A DNA stretch of 64,000 nt from Actinomycetota bacterium (GCA_005798555.1 SYJA01000087.1:5157-69156); one strand, 5' to 3'; shown: positions 39,156 through 49,968, counted from the first letter of the stretch. The notes: generated from the letters alone by a model not told the origin. A program made the numbers and translations.

Positions 39156-39947
39156 GTGAAGTTCCTCGCCGCCCGACGACGCCAGCCCGTCGTTGCCTTG
39201 GCCATGCTGCTTTTCGCACTTGTTGCGGTCGGGGGTCTATACGCCGCCGCGGGGACGGTGCGACCGGCCGAAGCCGCAGGCGCCGCCAGCAGCGAAACCC
39301 AGGTTGAGATGGGCAAGCAGTTATACCTGGAGGGCTGCTCGTCCTGCCACAGTCTGCAGGCTCAGGGCTCCACTGCTGGGCCAACCCTGATCGGGGTGGG
39401 CGCGGCCGCCGTTGATTTCCAGGTCTCGACCGGCCGCATGCCGCTGGCCGCCCCCGGTGTGCAATCAGTTGCCGGGCCGCCGAAGTACAACGAAGAGGAC
39501 ACCGCAGCATTAGCCGCCTATGTGGCATCACTGGCCCCGGGCCCGGCCATCCCCAGCGCCGAGCAGGTTGATTTCGCAAGTGCCGATGTGGCCGAGGGCG
39601 GGGTGCTCTTTCGGGTCAATTGCCAGCAATGCCATCAGGCCGCGGGCCAAGGCGGCGCACTGACCCAGGGCAAGTACGCACCCAGCCTGATGGGTGCAAC
39701 TCCAACGCAGATGTACGAAGCCATGGTTACCGGGCCCGAAAGTATGCCGGTCTTCAGCGATGCCACCTTGCCGGAAGAAGACAAGAAAGCGATCATGGCC
39801 TATGTCGACCATCTGCAAAATGCGTCCGACCCGGGCGGGCTCTCCCTCGGCCGACTCGGCCCGGTGACCGAAGGCCTCTTCCTTTGGACTGCAGTATTTG
39901 GTGCCCTGATCGCAGTGGCCGTCTGGATTGGGATTAAGGCGCGATGA
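39156..39947 (+). CDS. qcrC: Cytochrome bc1 complex dihaem cytochrome c subunit
   Basis: 263 aa with two CxxCH motifs (CSSCH, CQQCH) and a C-terminal TM anchor. Confidence 0.9.
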   Translation: MKFLAARRRQPVVALAMLLFALVAVGGLYAAAGTVRPAEAAGAASSETQVEMGKQLYLEGCSSCHSLQAQGSTAGPTLIGVGAAAVDFQVSTGRMPLAAPGVQSVAGPPKYNEEDTAALAAYVASLAPGPAIPSAEQVDFASADVAEGGVLFRVNCQQCHQAAGQGGALTQGKYAPSLMGATPTQMYEAMVTGPESMPVFSDATLPEEDKKAIMAYVDHLQNASDPGGLSLGRLGPVTEGLFLWTAVFGALIAVAVWIGIKAR

Positions 39948-40999
39948 CCGATATCAGTACCGGATCGGGGCACGGCCCCAGCGAAAACACACCGGCCAAA
40001 CTTGGTTACTCCCCCGTTGCCGACATCCCGCATCGCCCACGGGTGGCCGACACCGATCCGAGGGCGGCGCGTCGGGCAGAGCGCCAAGTTGCGTCGATGT
40101 TCATGCTGTCCATGTTTTTCGTCGTACTTTTCGTCGTTGCCTTCATCGCCATCGACAAGTACGCCACCGTCTATATCCCGGTTTTTGGTGCGGTAGGGGC
40201 AATGAATGTCGCCCTCGGGTTCACTATGGGCGTAGCGATCTTCCTGATCGGTGCCGGAGCCATTCAGTGGGCAAAGAAACTGATGCCCGATGTCGAAGTC
40301 GTGCAACTGCGGCATGATTTGGTTTCACCTACCGAGGCCACAAATGAAGCCGCGGCAAATTACGAACGGGGCAAGGAAGAATCGGGTTTTGCGCGCTTTA
40401 AGATCATCCGCCGTACCTTGATCGGGGCCATGGTTTTATTTCCCATCCCGCTGGTCGTGATGTTGCGCGACCTGTGGATTTCCCCACCGGGCAACCCCAG
40501 CCCCTCAACCCTGTTGACCACCACCCTCTGGGAGGACGGCACCCGGGTGGTGACCGACGCCACCTATCTGCCAATCCGCCCTGAAGACATACCGGTCGGC
40601 GGCTTAGTCTCAGCGGCACCTGCCGACCTACCCGAAGTCCAAGAAGCCGAACACAACCTAAATGCCCGCGGCAAGGCCGCAATCATCTTGGTGCGCATGG
40701 ACCCGGCCGAAATCCTCTCGCAACAAGGTGACGGCTGGGATTATCAAGGAATCCTCGCTTACTCCAAGATCTGCACCCACGTGGGTTGCCCGATCGCCCT
40801 GTATGAACAGCGCACCCACCACCTGCTCTGCCCCTGCCACCAATCAACCTTCGACCTTTCGGACTCAGGCAATGTGATCTTTGGGCCGGCTGCCCGCCGC
40901 ATGCCCCAGTTGCCGATTGGCGTAGATGCGGAAGGATTCATTGTGGCGAAGGCACCATTCGCTGAACCGGTTGGACCAAGTTTTTGGGAGCGTGGATGA
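39944..40999 (+). CDS. qcrA: Cytochrome bc1 complex Rieske iron-sulfur subunit
   Basis: 351 aa with Rieske boxes CTHVGCP and CPCHQSTF. Confidence 0.9.
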   Translation: MTDISTGSGHGPSENTPAKLGYSPVADIPHRPRVADTDPRAARRAERQVASMFMLSMFFVVLFVVAFIAIDKYATVYIPVFGAVGAMNVALGFTMGVAIFLIGAGAIQWAKKLMPDVEVVQLRHDLVSPTEATNEAAANYERGKEESGFARFKIIRRTLIGAMVLFPIPLVVMLRDLWISPPGNPSPSTLLTTTLWEDGTRVVTDATYLPIRPEDIPVGGLVSAAPADLPEVQEAEHNLNARGKAAIILVRMDPAEILSQQGDGWDYQGILAYSKICTHVGCPIALYEQRTHHLLCPCHQSTFDLSDSGNVIFGPAARRMPQLPIGVDAEGFIVAKAPFAEPVGPSFWERG

Positions 41000-42768
41000 G
41001 CACGACGAATTCGGCGGCGGCCAATCCGATACCTGCAAGCCCAATCGAGGCAGCCGGTGGCGGGGTTGCGACATATGTCGATCAGCGGGTGGGCAGCAAC
41101 AAGTTCTTGGGTCGCACCCTCGGCAAAGTCTTTCCGGACCACTGGTCCTTCATGCTCGGTGAAATCGCCCTTTACAGCTTCCTGGTCGTACTCCTATCCG
41201 GGGTCTACTTAACTTTGTTTTACAAGCCATCCATGGTCGAGGTCATCTATAACGGCTCCTATGTGCCCCTCAAGGGCATCGAAATGTCAGAGGCTTACGC
41301 ATCAACCCTAGACATCTCATTCGACGTGCGCGGTGGGCTCTTGATCCGCCAAATGCATCACTGGTCGGCCCTAATCTTCATAGCCGCAATCGCGGTGCAC
41401 ATGTTCCGGGTTTTCTTCACCGGCGCATTTCGCAAGCCACGGGAATTCAACTGGATACTCGGCGTCGGCTTGGCCACCTTGGCCCTGGCCGCTGGGTTCT
41501 CCGGTTACTCATTGCCCGATGACCTCCTCTCCGGCACCGGACTGCAGATCGCCCGCGGCATCGTGCAGTCCATCCCAATTGTCGGCACTTGGGGAGCGTT
41601 CTTGCTATTCGGTAGCGAATTCCCCGGCACCGACTTCATCTCCAGGCTCTACGGCATCCATATCTTGCTGGTCCCCGGGCTCATTCTCGCCCTCGTCTCT
41701 GTGCACCTAATGCTGGTTTGGACCCAAAAGCACACCCAGTTCCCCGGCCCGGGCCGCACCAATAACAACGTGGTGGGCTACCCTCTCATGCCGGTGTACA
41801 TGGCAAAAGCGGGCGGCTTCTTCTTCATCGTGTTCGGCATCTGCACCCTGATCGCCGGCCTAGTGACAATTAACCCAATTTGGCTTTTCGGGCCCTACAC
41901 CCCAGACCAAGTCAGCGCCGGTTCACAGCCGGACTGGTACATAGGTTGGCTCGATGGGGCGCTGCGGATCATGCCGAATCTTGAGTCTTACTTATTCGGC
42001 TACACCATTTCCTGGAACATTTTGATCCCCGCGGTTATCATGCCCGGGATCGTCTTCACCGCACTTGCCTTCTATCCGTTCTTAGAGGCCTGGATCACCG
42101 GGGACAAGCGCGAGCATCACCTCTTGGATCGCCCGCGCAACAACCCAACCCGCACCGGCATTGGGGTCATGGCAATAACTTTCTACGGCTTGCTCTGGAT
42201 CGGTGGCGGCAACGACATCATCGCAACTAGTTTCAACCTGACTATCAACTCAATTACCTGGTTCCTTCGCATCGCCGTCTTCGTGCTGCCACCAATCGCG
42301 TTCTTAGTAACCAAGCGCATCTGCTTGGCCCTGCAGCGCCGCGACCGCGACAAATTACTGCACGGTTACGAAACCGGACGGGTGCTACGCCTGCCCCATG
42401 GCGAATTCATCGAGGTGCACGAAACCATCAATTACAAGGAGATGGCGGTCATCACCTCTAAGAGCGACATCGCGCCGTTGCCGGCTCCGGTCAAGGTCGA
42501 CGCCGACGGAGTTGCCAACCGTAAGTACTGGATCCAGTCGCTTCGTGCCAAGCTCAGCAACTTCTTCTACGCTGACAACATCTCCAAGCCAACCGCCGCG
42601 GAGATCGAAGCCGCCCAGCACCATCTCGATCATGGCGCGGCCCTTGAGGCTCCGCTGCACGCCTATGAGGACGCCGATGAAATCCGCAACGCGCACGGCG
42701 GCGTGCTGCACCACCCCGGGATGGCCAACACCAACGCAGAACAGTTAGCCGGGCGAAGCGATCGCTGA
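40996..42768 (+). CDS. qcrB: Cytochrome bc1 complex cytochrome b subunit
   Basis: Start set at ATG 40996 (ATGA overlap with the qcrA stop). Long polytopic cytochrome b with a C-terminal extension. Confidence 0.9.
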   Translation: MSTTNSAAANPIPASPIEAAGGGVATYVDQRVGSNKFLGRTLGKVFPDHWSFMLGEIALYSFLVVLLSGVYLTLFYKPSMVEVIYNGSYVPLKGIEMSEAYASTLDISFDVRGGLLIRQMHHWSALIFIAAIAVHMFRVFFTGAFRKPREFNWILGVGLATLALAAGFSGYSLPDDLLSGTGLQIARGIVQSIPIVGTWGAFLLFGSEFPGTDFISRLYGIHILLVPGLILALVSVHLMLVWTQKHTQFPGPGRTNNNVVGYPLMPVYMAKAGGFFFIVFGICTLIAGLVTINPIWLFGPYTPDQVSAGSQPDWYIGWLDGALRIMPNLESYLFGYTISWNILIPAVIMPGIVFTALAFYPFLEAWITGDKREHHLLDRPRNNPTRTGIGVMAITFYGLLWIGGGNDIIATSFNLTINSITWFLRIAVFVLPPIAFLVTKRICLALQRRDRDKLLHGYETGRVLRLPHGEFIEVHETINYKEMAVITSKSDIAPLPAPVKVDADGVANRKYWIQSLRAKLSNFFYADNISKPTAAEIEAAQHHLDHGAALEAPLHAYEDADEIRNAHGGVLHHPGMANTNAEQLAGRSDR

Positions 42769-43121
42769 GCACGGGGTCCACCTGGGCCGGCTACGACCAC
42801 AGCAAATAGAGTGCGCAAAGCAGATTCATGCTCGCCCAATGCATATTTCTTGCCGCTTACCCCGAGCACTCCCCGCACTCGATGCTGCCCCCGAACACCG
42901 CGCTTGGACAAACTACCGGCGTTACCTCACTAACACTTAGGCAGACTACTGATCCTGCCGACCCTTGATTCTTTAAATTCCAAATATAGGCAATTCCACT
43001 GCAAGGGGTGCTGCCCAACTTTGCTCCAAACACCCACAATGACGACTACGCCAAAAAATCCAATGATCAATTCGATCAGTAGGTTAGAGCTGAAATTGCT
43101 TTCCAGTCATTCGCATGGGGC

Positions 43122-43517
43122 TCAGTGGGCGAATTCGCCCCGGTAGTACTCAAAGAGCCAACCCACCAATGCAACAAGAAGAACCCCAACGCCTAGTACC
43201 AACAACCACACCGCGAAAATAAAGCCAAAAACCACCATCAGGGTCGCAAAACCAACGACTAACGGCCACCACGAATGCGGGCTGAAGAACCCGTATTCGG
43301 GATCGGCTTCATCGATATCCGCATCAAGGCGATCCTCAGGCCGGGGGTAGACCCGCTTGGATGTGTAGAGCACGTAAAAGGCCACCAAGAAGGCCAGCGC
43401 CCCGGAGAGGGCTAGCGCGGTGGTGCCGATCGGATCACGGGACAGGAACCAATAGACGCCCGCGGTAGGCGGGAAGAAGATCGCACCTAGGCCGAAGATG
43501 GCACCTTCGATCCTCAC
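43122..43517 (-). CDS. ctaF: Cytochrome c oxidase subunit IV (actinobacterial CtaF)
   Basis: 131 aa, 4 TM, with a 4-nt overlap to the ctaD stop. Confidence 0.8.
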   Translation of the reverse strand: MRIEGAIFGLGAIFFPPTAGVYWFLSRDPIGTTALALSGALAFLVAFYVLYTSKRVYPRPEDRLDADIDEADPEYGFFSPHSWWPLVVGFATLMVVFGFIFAVWLLVLGVGVLLVALVGWLFEYYRGEFAH

Positions 43518-45211
43518 GCCTTTGACCCTTCACCAACTGGTGCGTTGGTACTCATCGCCAGCTCGGGATGATGCAGGTCAAATGCTGGCCGCTCCGACCG
43601 GATCTTGGGTATCGACACGAAGTTGTGGCGTGGCGGCGGGCACGAGGTCGCCCACTCCAGCGAGCCACCCCAGCCCCACGGGTCATCAACGCCGACTAAC
43701 GGCGCGGTGCGGACGGTCTTGATGACGTTCCAGAAGAAGAACAGCGAGGAGATGCCTAGAATCGCCGCGCCCACGGTCGAGACCGCATTGAGCGTAGAAA
43801 AGCCATCCGAGGGCAGGTAATCCCCGTAACGACGGGGCATGCCCTGCACGCCCAGCCAGTGCTGCACCAGGAAAGTCGTCTGGAAACCGACGAACAGCAG
43901 CCAGAAGTGGATCTTGCCGAGGCGCTCATCGAGCATTTTGCCGGTCATCTTGGGCCACCAGAAGTAAAGGCCGGCGAAGAACATGAAGACCACGGTGCCA
44001 AATACCGTGTAGTGGAAATGCGCCACCACGAAGTAGCTATCGGACAGGTGGAAGTCAAGCGGCGGCGACGACAAGATAATGCCCGTGAGACCGCCGAACA
44101 AGAACGTGAACATAAAGCCCAAGGTCCAGAGCATCGGGGTGTCAAAAGCGACAGAGCCTTTCCACATAGTGCCGATCCAATTGAAGAACTTCACTCCGGT
44201 AGGCACCGCGATCAGCATCGTCATGAAGGCGAAGAAAGGCAGATAGACCGAGCCAGTCACATACAGGTGGTGCGCCCAAACGGCCATGGAAAGGGCACCG
44301 ATCCCCAAGGTCGCGAGGACTAAGCCCTTGTAGCCAAAAATTGGCTTACGGGAAAATACCGGAATGATTTCACTGGCTATACCAAAGAATGGCAACGCCA
44401 GAATATACACTTCAGGGTGCCCAAAGAACCAGAAGAGGTGCTGCCAAAGCATCGCCCCACCGTTTTCCGACGCGAAGACAACCGCCCCATAGTTTCGGTC
44501 GATGAATGCGAGTGCTAGCGCACCAGCCAGCACCGGGAAGGCCAGCAGCGCCAACACACTGGTCACAAAAATCGTCCACGTGAATAACGGCATCCGGAAC
44601 ATCGTCATACCGGGGGCGCGCATGCAGAAAATAGTTGTCACGAAGTTAACCGAGCCAAGAATTGTGCCCAAGCCGCCCATGGCCAGGCCCAATAGCCACA
44701 GGTCACCGCCCACCTCGGGCGAGTAGAAAGCATTGCTCAACGGTGCGTAGGCAAACCAGCCGAAAGCCGCCGCGCCACCTGGGGTAAGGAATCCCGCTGC
44801 CACTGTTAGCCCGCCGAAAGCAAACAGCCAGAACCCCAACATATTCAGCCGAGGAAATGCCACATCCGGTGAGCCGATCTGCAATGGCATGATGACATTC
44901 GCGTAGCCAACAAATAGTGGGGTGGCGAACAGAAACAACATGATCGTTCCATGCATGGTAAATAGTTGGTTGTATTGCTCAAGGGAGATGAATTGCAGCC
45001 CCGGGACAGCCAGTTCGGCTCGGATGGCTAAGGCCATTGCACCGGCAGCGAAGAACCAAAATGTGGCAAGCATCAGGTACATGTAGCCGATGACTTTATG
45101 GTCGGTAGACGTTAGCCATGACACCACCAGCGCACCCGGAGTCCGCTTCCTGTGCTGCGGCGCCTCCGGCAGTTTGTCTGCGATGTCAACGCGGTCGCTG
45201 AGAATCGTCAT
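43514..45211 (-). CDS. ctaD: Cytochrome c oxidase subunit I
   Basis: 565 aa haem-copper oxidase subunit I (…[11 protein letters not shown]…, HHMY/HHLY-type region). Confidence 0.95.
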   Translation of the reverse strand: MTILSDRVDIADKLPEAPQHRKRTPGALVVSWLTSTDHKVIGYMYLMLATFWFFAAGAMALAIRAELAVPGLQFISLEQYNQLFTMHGTIMLFLFATPLFVGYANVIMPLQIGSPDVAFPRLNMLGFWLFAFGGLTVAAGFLTPGGAAAFGWFAYAPLSNAFYSPEVGGDLWLLGLAMGGLGTILGSVNFVTTIFCMRAPGMTMFRMPLFTWTIFVTSVLALLAFPVLAGALALAFIDRNYGAVVFASENGGAMLWQHLFWFFGHPEVYILALPFFGIASEIIPVFSRKPIFGYKGLVLATLGIGALSMAVWAHHLYVTGSVYLPFFAFMTMLIAVPTGVKFFNWIGTMWKGSVAFDTPMLWTLGFMFTFLFGGLTGIILSSPPLDFHLSDSYFVVAHFHYTVFGTVVFMFFAGLYFWWPKMTGKMLDERLGKIHFWLLFVGFQTTFLVQHWLGVQGMPRRYGDYLPSDGFSTLNAVSTVGAAILGISSLFFFWNVIKTVRTAPLVGVDDPWGWGGSLEWATSCPPPRHNFVSIPKIRSERPAFDLHHPELAMSTNAPVGEGSKA

Positions 45212-46041
45212 ATAGTTGTCTCCTCGGGCATCTGACCCTCGTCGGTGCTTCTACCGGTATCCAACAAACCTGACTGCCCCTGGGCTCGCAATTGCTCCAC
45301 ATAAGCGTCAAATTCGGCGCGCTCTACCACTTTGACCGTAAATAACATACTTGAATGCTCCACCCCGCATAGCTCTGCGCACCGGCCCGGGTAGGTGCCG
45401 GCCTTGTCGGGTGTTAACTCAAAGGCATTCGTCTTGCCGGGGATTACGTCCATCTTGAATAAGAAATCCGGCACCCAAAAGGAGTGGATCACATCCGGCG
45501 AGGTGAGTTCGAATCGCACTTTTTCATTAACGGGCAGCACCAGCACCGCAGGTTGCGCCGGGCTACCCACCGCGTAAACATCCTCATCTAGGTAGTTAAA
45601 GCCCCAGTTCCAGCGATAGGCGACCACGGTGACCGTTTGGGCCTGATCATTCTCCATCGTCAGAAGTTCGCTTTGGTCACGGGCGGTGAACCAGAACAAC
45701 CCGAGAATCATGATGAGCGGCACAATCGTGTAAAGCAATTCAACTGGCAGATTGTAAGCGGTCTGTTCTGGAACTTCGTCCTTGTGCCGGCGGCGATAGG
45801 CCACCGCAGCCCAAATCATCAGCCCCCAAGTAACGATCCCGACCCCCCAGGCGGCCAACCACGAACCGTTCCAAAGATTTAGGACTATGTGGCCCTCCTT
45901 CGAAGCCGGTTCTGGCATATCGAAGAAGAAAGCCTCATTGGCGGTACAGCCACTCAACAGGCCCGCTGCGACCACGGTGCCAAGGATGATAACCAGCGCC
46001 CGCGGACGGCGCAGACTAGCCGCCCACTTAGACAAACCCAC
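45208..46041 (-). CDS. ctaC: Cytochrome c oxidase subunit II (lipoprotein)
   Basis: 277 aa with lipobox LLSGC and CuA site [12 protein letters not shown]. Confidence 0.9.
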   Translation of the reverse strand: MGLSKWAASLRRPRALVIILGTVVAAGLLSGCTANEAFFFDMPEPASKEGHIVLNLWNGSWLAAWGVGIVTWGLMIWAAVAYRRRHKDEVPEQTAYNLPVELLYTIVPLIMILGLFWFTARDQSELLTMENDQAQTVTVVAYRWNWGFNYLDEDVYAVGSPAQPAVLVLPVNEKVRFELTSPDVIHSFWVPDFLFKMDVIPGKTNAFELTPDKAGTYPGRCAELCGVEHSSMLFTVKVVERAEFDAYVEQLRAQGQSGLLDTGRSTDEGQMPEETTI

Positions 46042-46171
46042 GAAACGCCCTCCGCTGGAAGCTCCAAATCACCTTGATGTTAGCGCCTAAGAGCCGAGGT
46101 TGCCTTCTCACCCCGGGCAAATTGACGTGAGGTATTCGCCACACCCTTCGGGCCCGACTAACGTGCTGTCC

Positions 46172-47284
46172 ATGGGTAGTAATTGGCAGCCACCACCGGG
46201 GCTACTCGATGGCGTCGGCGGCCAGCCGGCGTCAGCCACCGCGGCCGCGGCCCAGGGTGCTGCTGCTGCGCTGGCCTGGGCAGATCCGCGATCCCTTCAC
46301 CATGCTGGCCGCCGCAGTGACGGGCTCCTCGCTGCGGCCCGCCGCAGTATCGCCGACAGTGTGTCCGCCGCCGCGGGCACGACCATCCACGCCGACGAGG
46401 TCTATTTCACCCCGTCGGCGCTGGCGGCACAAACCATCGCCCTCGCCGGCTGCCCGGGCCCGGTTGTCATGAGCGCCGTTGAAACCGCAGCACTGCTTGA
46501 TCTCGGTGACCTTCGAGACCACTCGCAAGTAATCGGAGTTGACGCCGCCGGCCGCGTGGATGTCGGCGCTTTCGGCCAGGCCGCGGCCGGCAAGGCCATA
46601 GCCGCCCTGCAACTGGCCAATAGCGAGGTTGGCACCTGCCAGCCGATTGAGCACGTGGCAGCGGCAAGCCCGGGGCTGCCGATCTTGATGGACGCCACCG
46701 GAGGGCTGGGGCGGATCCAATTGCCCACTGGGTGGGCCATGCTCACCGCTGGGGCCGGCGGGTGGGCTGGCCCGGCCGGGGTCGCCATCTTGGTGGTGCG
46801 CCGCGGCGGGCGGTGGGGTTCACCACCGGCAAGTGAGCGCGGCCTGCTCGGCGGCTTTGCCGATATCCCCGGGGCCGTTGGTGCGGCAACCGCCCTTGCC
46901 GAACTCAGTGCCGAACAAGATGCCCAACATGATCAAGCATTCGCCAATATCGAATTACTTCGAGCCGGTATCGCCTCCAAGATCACCGATGTCGAAGTCT
47001 TAGGTGATGGGGTCTGGCGCCTACCGCATATCCTGACGTTCTCCGTGCTATACGTCTCCGGTGAGGCCCTGGTACTCGAACTGGATAAGCGCGGGTTCGC
47101 GGTCGCCAGCGGCTCAGCCTGCGTTGCCGAGGAGGCCCGGCCCAGCCACGTGCTAGCTGCCATGGGTGCCTATACGGGTGGCAATATCCGAATTTCCCTG
47201 CCCCTTGGCTGCACCACCGAAACGGTTGAGGGCTTCCTCGATGCGCTTCCTGATGCGGTTGCCGCGGTTCGAGCCGATAACTAG
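46172..47284 (+). CDS. Cysteine-desulfurase homologue lacking the PLP-binding lysine (catalytic Cys loop retained)
   Basis: Start re-chosen at ATG 46172. Aligned by eye to the IscS in this window, [18 protein letters not shown] corresponds to LTAGAGGWAGPAGVAILVV, so His-Lys is replaced by Gly-Gly. The loop ASGSACVAE is kept. Confidence 0.7.
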   Translation: MGSNWQPPPGLLDGVGGQPASATAAAAQGAAAALAWADPRSLHHAGRRSDGLLAAARRSIADSVSAAAGTTIHADEVYFTPSALAAQTIALAGCPGPVVMSAVETAALLDLGDLRDHSQVIGVDAAGRVDVGAFGQAAAGKAIAALQLANSEVGTCQPIEHVAAASPGLPILMDATGGLGRIQLPTGWAMLTAGAGGWAGPAGVAILVVRRGGRWGSPPASERGLLGGFADIPGAVGAATALAELSAEQDAQHDQAFANIELLRAGIASKITDVEVLGDGVWRLPHILTFSVLYVSGEALVLELDKRGFAVASGSACVAEEARPSHVLAAMGAYTGGNIRISLPLGCTTETVEGFLDALPDAVAAVRADN

Positions 47285-47529
47285 TGGACCCGCAGATTTG
47301 GCTTGATGAACGCGGCCGGCGCTGCCCGCTGCCGATCATCGCACTTAACCGCGCCGCCATGGAGCATCCCGCCGGCACCGTCATTGCCCTGCTAAGTGAC
47401 GATCCGGCAGCAACATTCGATGTGCCCGCATGGTGCCGGCTGAAGAACGCGACACTACTTAGTGAAAGTGCGCCACCAGATGGCGGGGCTGGTTCGGTTT
47501 TTCACGTTCAGGTCACCGCAGCAACCTAG
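47284..47529 (+). CDS. TusA-like sulfurtransferase
   Basis: 81 aa with the CPxP-type active site (RRCPLPI). Its start overlaps the stop of the desulfurase-like gene. Confidence 0.7.
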   Translation: MDPQIWLDERGRRCPLPIIALNRAAMEHPAGTVIALLSDDPAATFDVPAWCRLKNATLLSESAPPDGGAGSVFHVQVTAAT

Positions 47530-48188
47530 TTGGTAAAGCAGGGTTCAAGTGGCAGCGCGCTGTCCAGCGCCGACAAATACTCTGCCCGCGAAATGGCGAT
47601 CGCCCCAAGGCTTGCAAGGTGGTTGGTGCGCCACTGCACATCGATGAACCTGCCATCGCCTTCCGCGCGCAATTTATTCGCCAACGCCACGAGGGCTACC
47701 TTTGACGCATCCCGTTCGCGGTGGAACATCGACTCACCCGCGAAAATCCCCCCAACCTCAACGCCGTAAAGACCACCGACCAGCTCCCCGGCGCGCCATA
47801 CCTCGATCGAGTGTGCCCACCCCATGTCGTGCAATGCCGAGTAAGCGGCGATGAAATCCTCGGTAATCCAAAGACCATCTCGGCGGGAATCACCGCACTC
47901 TCGCATCACCCGAGCGAACGCCTGATCAACGGTGACTTCGAATTGACCGGTTGATTTGCGTAGGGATCTACTTACCCGAAGGTCCACAAGGCGCAATATC
48001 CCCCTGGGATTAGGTGACCACCAACCGAGCTCACCGGTATCCACGTGCATCGGGAATAAGCCCATTCGGTAAGCCTGCAAAACGGTGCCCGGCGCCAGAT
48101 CGGCCCCGAGGCCAACTAGGTCCTGATCGGGTGCCGCTTGCGCTGGGTCAGGCAACAGCCATTCACCGGGGGCTGGCTCTACCCGCAT
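47526..48188 (-). CDS. aat: Leucyl/phenylalanyl-tRNA--protein transferase
   Basis: 220 aa with GLFPM, GGLYGV and FAGESMFH motifs. Confidence 0.85.
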   Translation of the reverse strand: MRVEPAPGEWLLPDPAQAAPDQDLVGLGADLAPGTVLQAYRMGLFPMHVDTGELGWWSPNPRGILRLVDLRVSRSLRKSTGQFEVTVDQAFARVMRECGDSRRDGLWITEDFIAAYSALHDMGWAHSIEVWRAGELVGGLYGVEVGGIFAGESMFHRERDASKVALVALANKLRAEGDGRFIDVQWRTNHLASLGAIAISRAEYLSALDSALPLEPCFTN

Positions 48189-48206
48189 GGCGTTTCTTGG
48201 GACTAC

Positions 48207-49193
48207 TTACGGCCGTGGGCAGGAAATATGCGGCTCAATATCTGCTGCGGCATCATCGCCATAGGTCTTGGCGATCCGCTCCAAGAAGTGCCGCTGGGCA
48301 ATCGAGTACTCCTGCGTGCCGATGGTTTCAATGACATAAGTGGCCAAGAGTGAACCGATTTGCGCACTGCGCTCATCACTAAGGCTCCATGCCTGCCCAG
48401 CTAGGAAGCCGGCACGAAATGCATCGCCAACCCCGGTCGGATCGGCCTTACGATCCTCAGCGGGGCAGGTTACGGTCACCGCCGGCTCACCACGTCGCTC
48501 TATGCGCGCACCATCTGGGCCTAGAGTCGTGACCCGGACTTCAACCCGAGATGCGATGTCCTGGGTGGTCCAACCGGTCTTTTGATGTATCAGCGCGGAT
48601 TCATACTCGTTGGTGAAAAGCACTGCCGCGCCCTCAACTAGTGGGCGGATTTCGTCACCATCCATCCGCGCAAGTTGCTGACTTGGGTCGGCAGCGAAAG
48701 GCATACCGCGAAAGCGGCACTCATCGGTGTGCCGAAGCATCGCTTCAGGATCATTGGGGCCAATTAGCACCATGTCTGCGCTGCCTACGCGGTCGATGAC
48801 CGGCTGCAGTTCAATGCCACGAGCCTCCGACATCGCACCTGGATAAAACGAGGCAATTTGATTCTGCTCCAGATCGGTAGTGCAGACAAAGCGTGCCGTG
48901 TGATGGACATCGGAGATGAGAACCGAGGAGGTGTCGACACCGTGCCGTTGCAACCACGAACCGTAGTCGCTGAAGTCGGCACCAACCGCGCCGACGAGCA
49001 CCGGGTTAAGCCCAAGGCAGCCCATGCCAAAAGCGATATTGGCCGCAACTCCCCCGCGCCGGATCTCCAGGGCCTCGACCAAGAAGGACAAGGAGATCTT
49101 GTCCAGCTTGTCGGCCACGAGCGAATCCGCGAACCGACCCGGAAACGTCATCAGATGATCGGTCGCGATGGACCCGGTGATTAGGACAGCCAC
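48207..49193 (-). CDS. PfkB-family carbohydrate/nucleoside kinase (adenosine-kinase-like)
   Basis: 328 aa with PfkB signatures (…GGVAANIA…, DPTGVGDAFRAGF). Syntenic position of mycobacterial adenosine kinase, from memory. Confidence 0.75.
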   Translation of the reverse strand: MAVLITGSIATDHLMTFPGRFADSLVADKLDKISLSFLVEALEIRRGGVAANIAFGMGCLGLNPVLVGAVGADFSDYGSWLQRHGVDTSSVLISDVHHTARFVCTTDLEQNQIASFYPGAMSEARGIELQPVIDRVGSADMVLIGPNDPEAMLRHTDECRFRGMPFAADPSQQLARMDGDEIRPLVEGAAVLFTNEYESALIHQKTGWTTQDIASRVEVRVTTLGPDGARIERRGEPAVTVTCPAEDRKADPTGVGDAFRAGFLAGQAWSLSDERSAQIGSLLATYVIETIGTQEYSIAQRHFLERIAKTYGDDAAADIEPHISCPRP

Positions 49194-49211
49194 GCCTGCA
49201 GACCCTACCTG

Positions 49212-49586
49212 TCAGAGTCGTGAAGTTGCGCAGGCTGGCGTCGAGCCGGGTAGTCGGTGTCGATTAGCCGCAACTACCCGGTAACCGCGATCAACCAGGT
49301 GGCTGAGCCCCGGGGTGCTAAGTGCAGCGCCCAATGCACGCCATGGCTGCGCCGAGGCACGCAGTAGCGCCACCACCGCTGGTCCACCGGAAACGGGTGG
49401 ACCTGCCACCGGCACCCACTGCAGGGCACTTTCGCAGGCCGCCTGTGCGACCCCAAGTGCGGTGAGATCGGCTCGCTGCCACGCGATGATGGTGGCCGGC
49501 GGCCGGACCCACCGCTGGAGTTTTCTCGCACTCCAAGTGCAAAAGCCACAGTCTCCGTCAAAGAGGATCGTGGCGTTAGCTCGCAT
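49212..49586 (-). CDS. DCC-family thiol-disulfide oxidoreductase (DUF393)
   Basis: Start trimmed to ATG 49586; FDGDCGFC motif. Confidence 0.7.
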   Translation of the reverse strand: MRANATILFDGDCGFCTWSARKLQRWVRPPATIIAWQRADLTALGVAQAACESALQWVPVAGPPVSGGPAVVALLRASAQPWRALGAALSTPGLSHLVDRGYRVVAANRHRLPGSTPACATSRL

Positions 49587-49596
49587 GATTAACCCG

Positions 49597-49968
49597 TTAG
49601 CTGAATGAATCCCCGCAGGCGCAAGAGCTACCCGCATTCGGGTTGTCAATTGTGAAGCCCTGCTTTTCGATGGTGTCGACGAAGTCAATAGTGGCACCGC
49701 CTAGGTACGGGGCGCTCATCCGATCGGTCACCACGCCGACCCCGTTGTAATCCTTGATGACATCGCCATCAAGGCTGCGGTCGTCGAAGAAGAGTTGATA
49801 GCGAAGGCCTGAGCAACCACCCGGCTGCACGGCCACCCGAAGGGTTAGATCATCTCGGCCCTCCGCGTCCAGGAGTGTCTTGACCTTGAACGCAGCAGCA
49901 TCAGTCAGGACGATCCCGGTGCTGATCGGTTCGCTGGTGACCTGCTTGCTCGTGGTGTCGGCAGACAT
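49597..49968 (-). CDS. erpA: HesB/IscA-family iron-sulfur cluster insertion protein
   Basis: Start trimmed to ATG 49968. GGCSGL motif and C-terminal CACGDSF. Confidence 0.85.
   Translation of the reverse strand: MSADTTSKQVTSEPISTGIVLTDAAAFKVKTLLDAEGRDDLTLRVAVQPGGCSGLRYQLFFDDRSLDGDVIKDYNGVGVVTDRMSAPYLGGATIDFVDTIEKQGFTIDNPNAGSSCACGDSFS

Noticed and set aside
42930-43070. 46-codon minus-strand ORF with a hydrophobic N-terminus in the qcrB-ctaF spacer, considered as an annotated gene.
   Set aside because: It has a TTG start, no visible Shine-Dalgarno sequence and no recognisable family. It is kept only as a note inside the spacer finding.
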